A stretch of DNA of 63,420 nucleotides, counting the filler, from Folioceros fuciformis (taxonomy: Eukaryota): NCBI GenBank assembly GCA_049999805.1. It is 12 parts of 12 records of this genome, joined end to end, with 100 filler letters (N's around TTAATTAATTAA, not from the genome) between each part and the next. Parts side by side here need not be neighbours in the genome. Positions count along the whole stretch, not along the records: positions 60,909 to 63,420 come from JBNGIO010001877.1; 11 more parts are not named here. One strand, 5' to 3'. A program made the position numbers and the translations under genes. The notes below the pieces were generated by a model, which saw only the letters and a list, made by a program, of their open reading frames with translations, ran no database searches and was not told the DNA's origin. Shown here piece by piece: positions 60,909 to 63,420 of the stretch (position 1 is its first letter; each line of letters opens with the position of its first letter).

Positions 60909-63420
60909 AGACTAAACACATTAGTCTAGGCACATTGGGCTTTAATAACCCTACAACCGCCCCCTTAAAGGCCAATTACCTTGATAGGAGAGTGATCTAC
61001 CTCATGCCCATGAGTGTCCGAGCTTGTGCGAATTGCTCCGAAGAGAGCCCCTTGGTGAGAACATCTGCAGGGTTCTGACTGGTGTGATCTTTGACAAGTT
61101 GTACCTTCTTGTCTTCCAACACCTCTCGAATGAAGTGATACTTCACTTCCACATGTTTGGTCTTCACATTAAACACTGGATTCTTCGCCAATTGGATAGC
61201 ACTCTGGCTATCACAATGCAACACTGGCAGCTCAACCTTGATCCCCAAATCTCCCGCTAGACGAGCAAGCCACATGGCTTCCTTGCACGCCTCAGTCGCT
61301 GCAACATACTCGGCCTCTGTGGTAGATAGCGTTATGCAGGATTGCAAACGCGATCGCCATGAAACTACACCTCCAGTGCACATGAAGACATAACCTGATG
61401 TGGACCTCCTTTTGTCTATATCCCCTGCATAATCAGCATCCGTATATCCCACGACAGATGCATCTTCATTACCAAAACATAAGCACAAAGCTTTTGTACC
61501 ATTCAAGTACCTCATAACTCCTTTCACTGCCTCCCAATGCTTCCTGCCATGGTTTGACATAAACCTACTAACCACTCCCACTGCAAAGGCAATGTCAGGA
61601 CGTGTAGCAATCATTGCATACATCAAACTCCCTACAGCTGATGAGTATGGAACCTTCTCCATTTCAGCTTTGTCCTCCGCAGAGCTTGGGCAATCCTTGC
61701 TAGACAGTTTCACATATGGAGGCAACAGAGTACTTAATACCTTCCCCTTCTCCATATTGAAGCGTTGAAGCACCTTGTTAATGTATTCAGTCTGAGACAA
61801 GTACAGCAAACGCTTCTGTCTGTCTCGACGAATACACATGCCAAGAATGTGGCTTGCCTCTCCCAAGTCTGTCATGTCAAAGCGACCATTCAACTTTGAC
61901 TTCAACGTTGAAATCTCATCACTGTTAGTCCCAGCAATTAGCATATCATCCACATAGAGGACCAGAATGAGCAAGCTTCCATCCTTAACTTGCTTCGTAT
62001 AGAGGCAATGATCCTCATTGCTACGCTTGTAGCCTTGAGAAAGCATAAATGAGTGGAACTTGAAATACCACTCCCTGGGTGCCTGCTTCAAACCATAAAG
62101 GCTCTTCTTTAACTTGCACACCAAATTCTCTTTGCCTTTCTCAATGAAACCCTCTGGTTGTTGCATGTATACCTCTTCCTGGAGATCACCATGCAAAAAT
62201 GCTGACTTCACATCCATCTGGACAAGTTCCATGTCGAGCCTTGCAACCAGACCAAGAACACATCGCAAGGTGGTCATTTTGACAACCGGTGAGAAAATCT
62301 CATCAAAGTCAATACCTTGCTGTTGCTTAAAACCCTTCGCAACCAATCGTGCCTTGTACTTGGGTTTGCCATAATGGGGTATGTCCTTCATCTTATACAC
62401 CCATTTGCATGGCAACGCCTTTTTGCCCTTAGGTAACCGAATCAATTCCCAAGTTTGGTTCTTGTGGAGTGAATCCATTTGCGATTGCATCGCCTTCTCC
62501 CACTTGTCCTTGTCAGTCACTGACATGGCCTCTTGGTAACAAGAGGGTTCCCCACAATCCGTCAGCATGACATAATCAAGAGATGCAACATACCTGTTAG
62601 GAGGACGTGAAATCCTTCCTGACCTGCGAAGTACTGGCGCCTCGACCGGAGCTGGTTGCACTCTCTCCTCTTGTACAAGTGGAGGAACTTGTTCCTGCAC
62701 ATCACGACGTTCAACCTGCGCAGGACGGTCAAATCCGTCTTCTTGGAAGACCACCCGTCGCACCTCCACAGTTGGAGTAGGTTTCTTGTGCATCTTGGTC
62801 TCATTGAAGAATACGTCATTGCTGCGAACTATCCTCTTGGCTTCTGGATCCCATAGACGGTATCCCATCTCACCAGATTCACCATAGCCAAGAAAAATAC
62901 ATTTCTTGGACTTGGGTGCCAACTTGTCCCGAAACTCCTTCGGAACATGGTAGTATGCCTCGCAGCCAAATACTCGTAGATGCTTATATGACGGCTGGTT
63001 TCCAGACCACATCTCTTCTGGAACCTGTTCATCCACAGCCCTATTAGGAGATCTGTTAATAAGATGCACCGCAGTAGCCACTGCTTCTGCCCAAAATCCG
63101 TTAGGCAATCCAGAGTTTGATAACAAACTACGCATCCTCTCCTAGATGGTCCTGTTCATCCATTCGGCCACACTATTCTGGGGAGGAGTGTACGGGGCAG
63201 TCAATTCTCTCCTGATTCCCTTGGAATCACAGAAAGATTGAAAAGCCTTCGAAACATACTCTCCTCCATTGTCTGTTCTTAGACATTTCAGTCGCAGGCC
63301 AGACTGATTCTCCACAAGGGTGACGAACTTCTGAAACACTGTCTGAACATCATCCTTTTTCCTCAAAGGATAAACCCACACCTTGTGTGAGAAATCATCT
63401 ATGAAAGTGACAAAATAGGA
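60909..63420 (-). mobile_element. Ty1/Copia (Tnt1-like) element: integrase-RT-RNase H, PPT and start of the 3' LTR
   Basis: LRTDNGGEY, APYTPPQN, KARLVAKG, QMDVKSAFLHG, YVDDML, DADYAG, STTEAEY; PPT AAGGGGGCGG then TGTAGGG at 60955. Confidence 0.96.
60997..63420 (-). pseudogene. Copia pol with one in-frame stop in the integrase
   Basis: ORFs 63142-63381 and 60997-63135 are in the same frame, separated by TAG at 63142-63144 (NRTI*ERMRSLL). Confidence 0.9.

Overview
Eukaryotic plant DNA. It is not one continuous locus: 12 contigs are joined by artificial 100-bp N/TTAATTAATTAA spacers, so neighbourhoods across spacers are meaningless. Short GT-AG introns, land-plant gene families and a centriole-type (CCDC15-like) gene suggest a seed-free land plant with flagellate sperm; this is inference. 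Host genes: SR45a-like splicing factor, membrane-anchored kinase, class I trehalose-6-phosphate synthase, a GNAT acetyltransferase split over two contigs, two tandem GDSL lipases, B- and L-type lectins, an F-box fragment, a CCDC15-like gene, PP1 and a large unknown helical protein. There are also several LTR retrotransposons. The top finding is in contig 1 (1-4036): a decayed Ty3/Gypsy pol carrying a C5 cytosine DNA methyltransferase domain (motifs I-X in linear order) between the protease and the reverse transcriptase. Second is a very young Copia element (identical 184-bp LTRs, 5-bp TSD) with an in-frame deletion of protease and integrase, nested in another element's long ORF.
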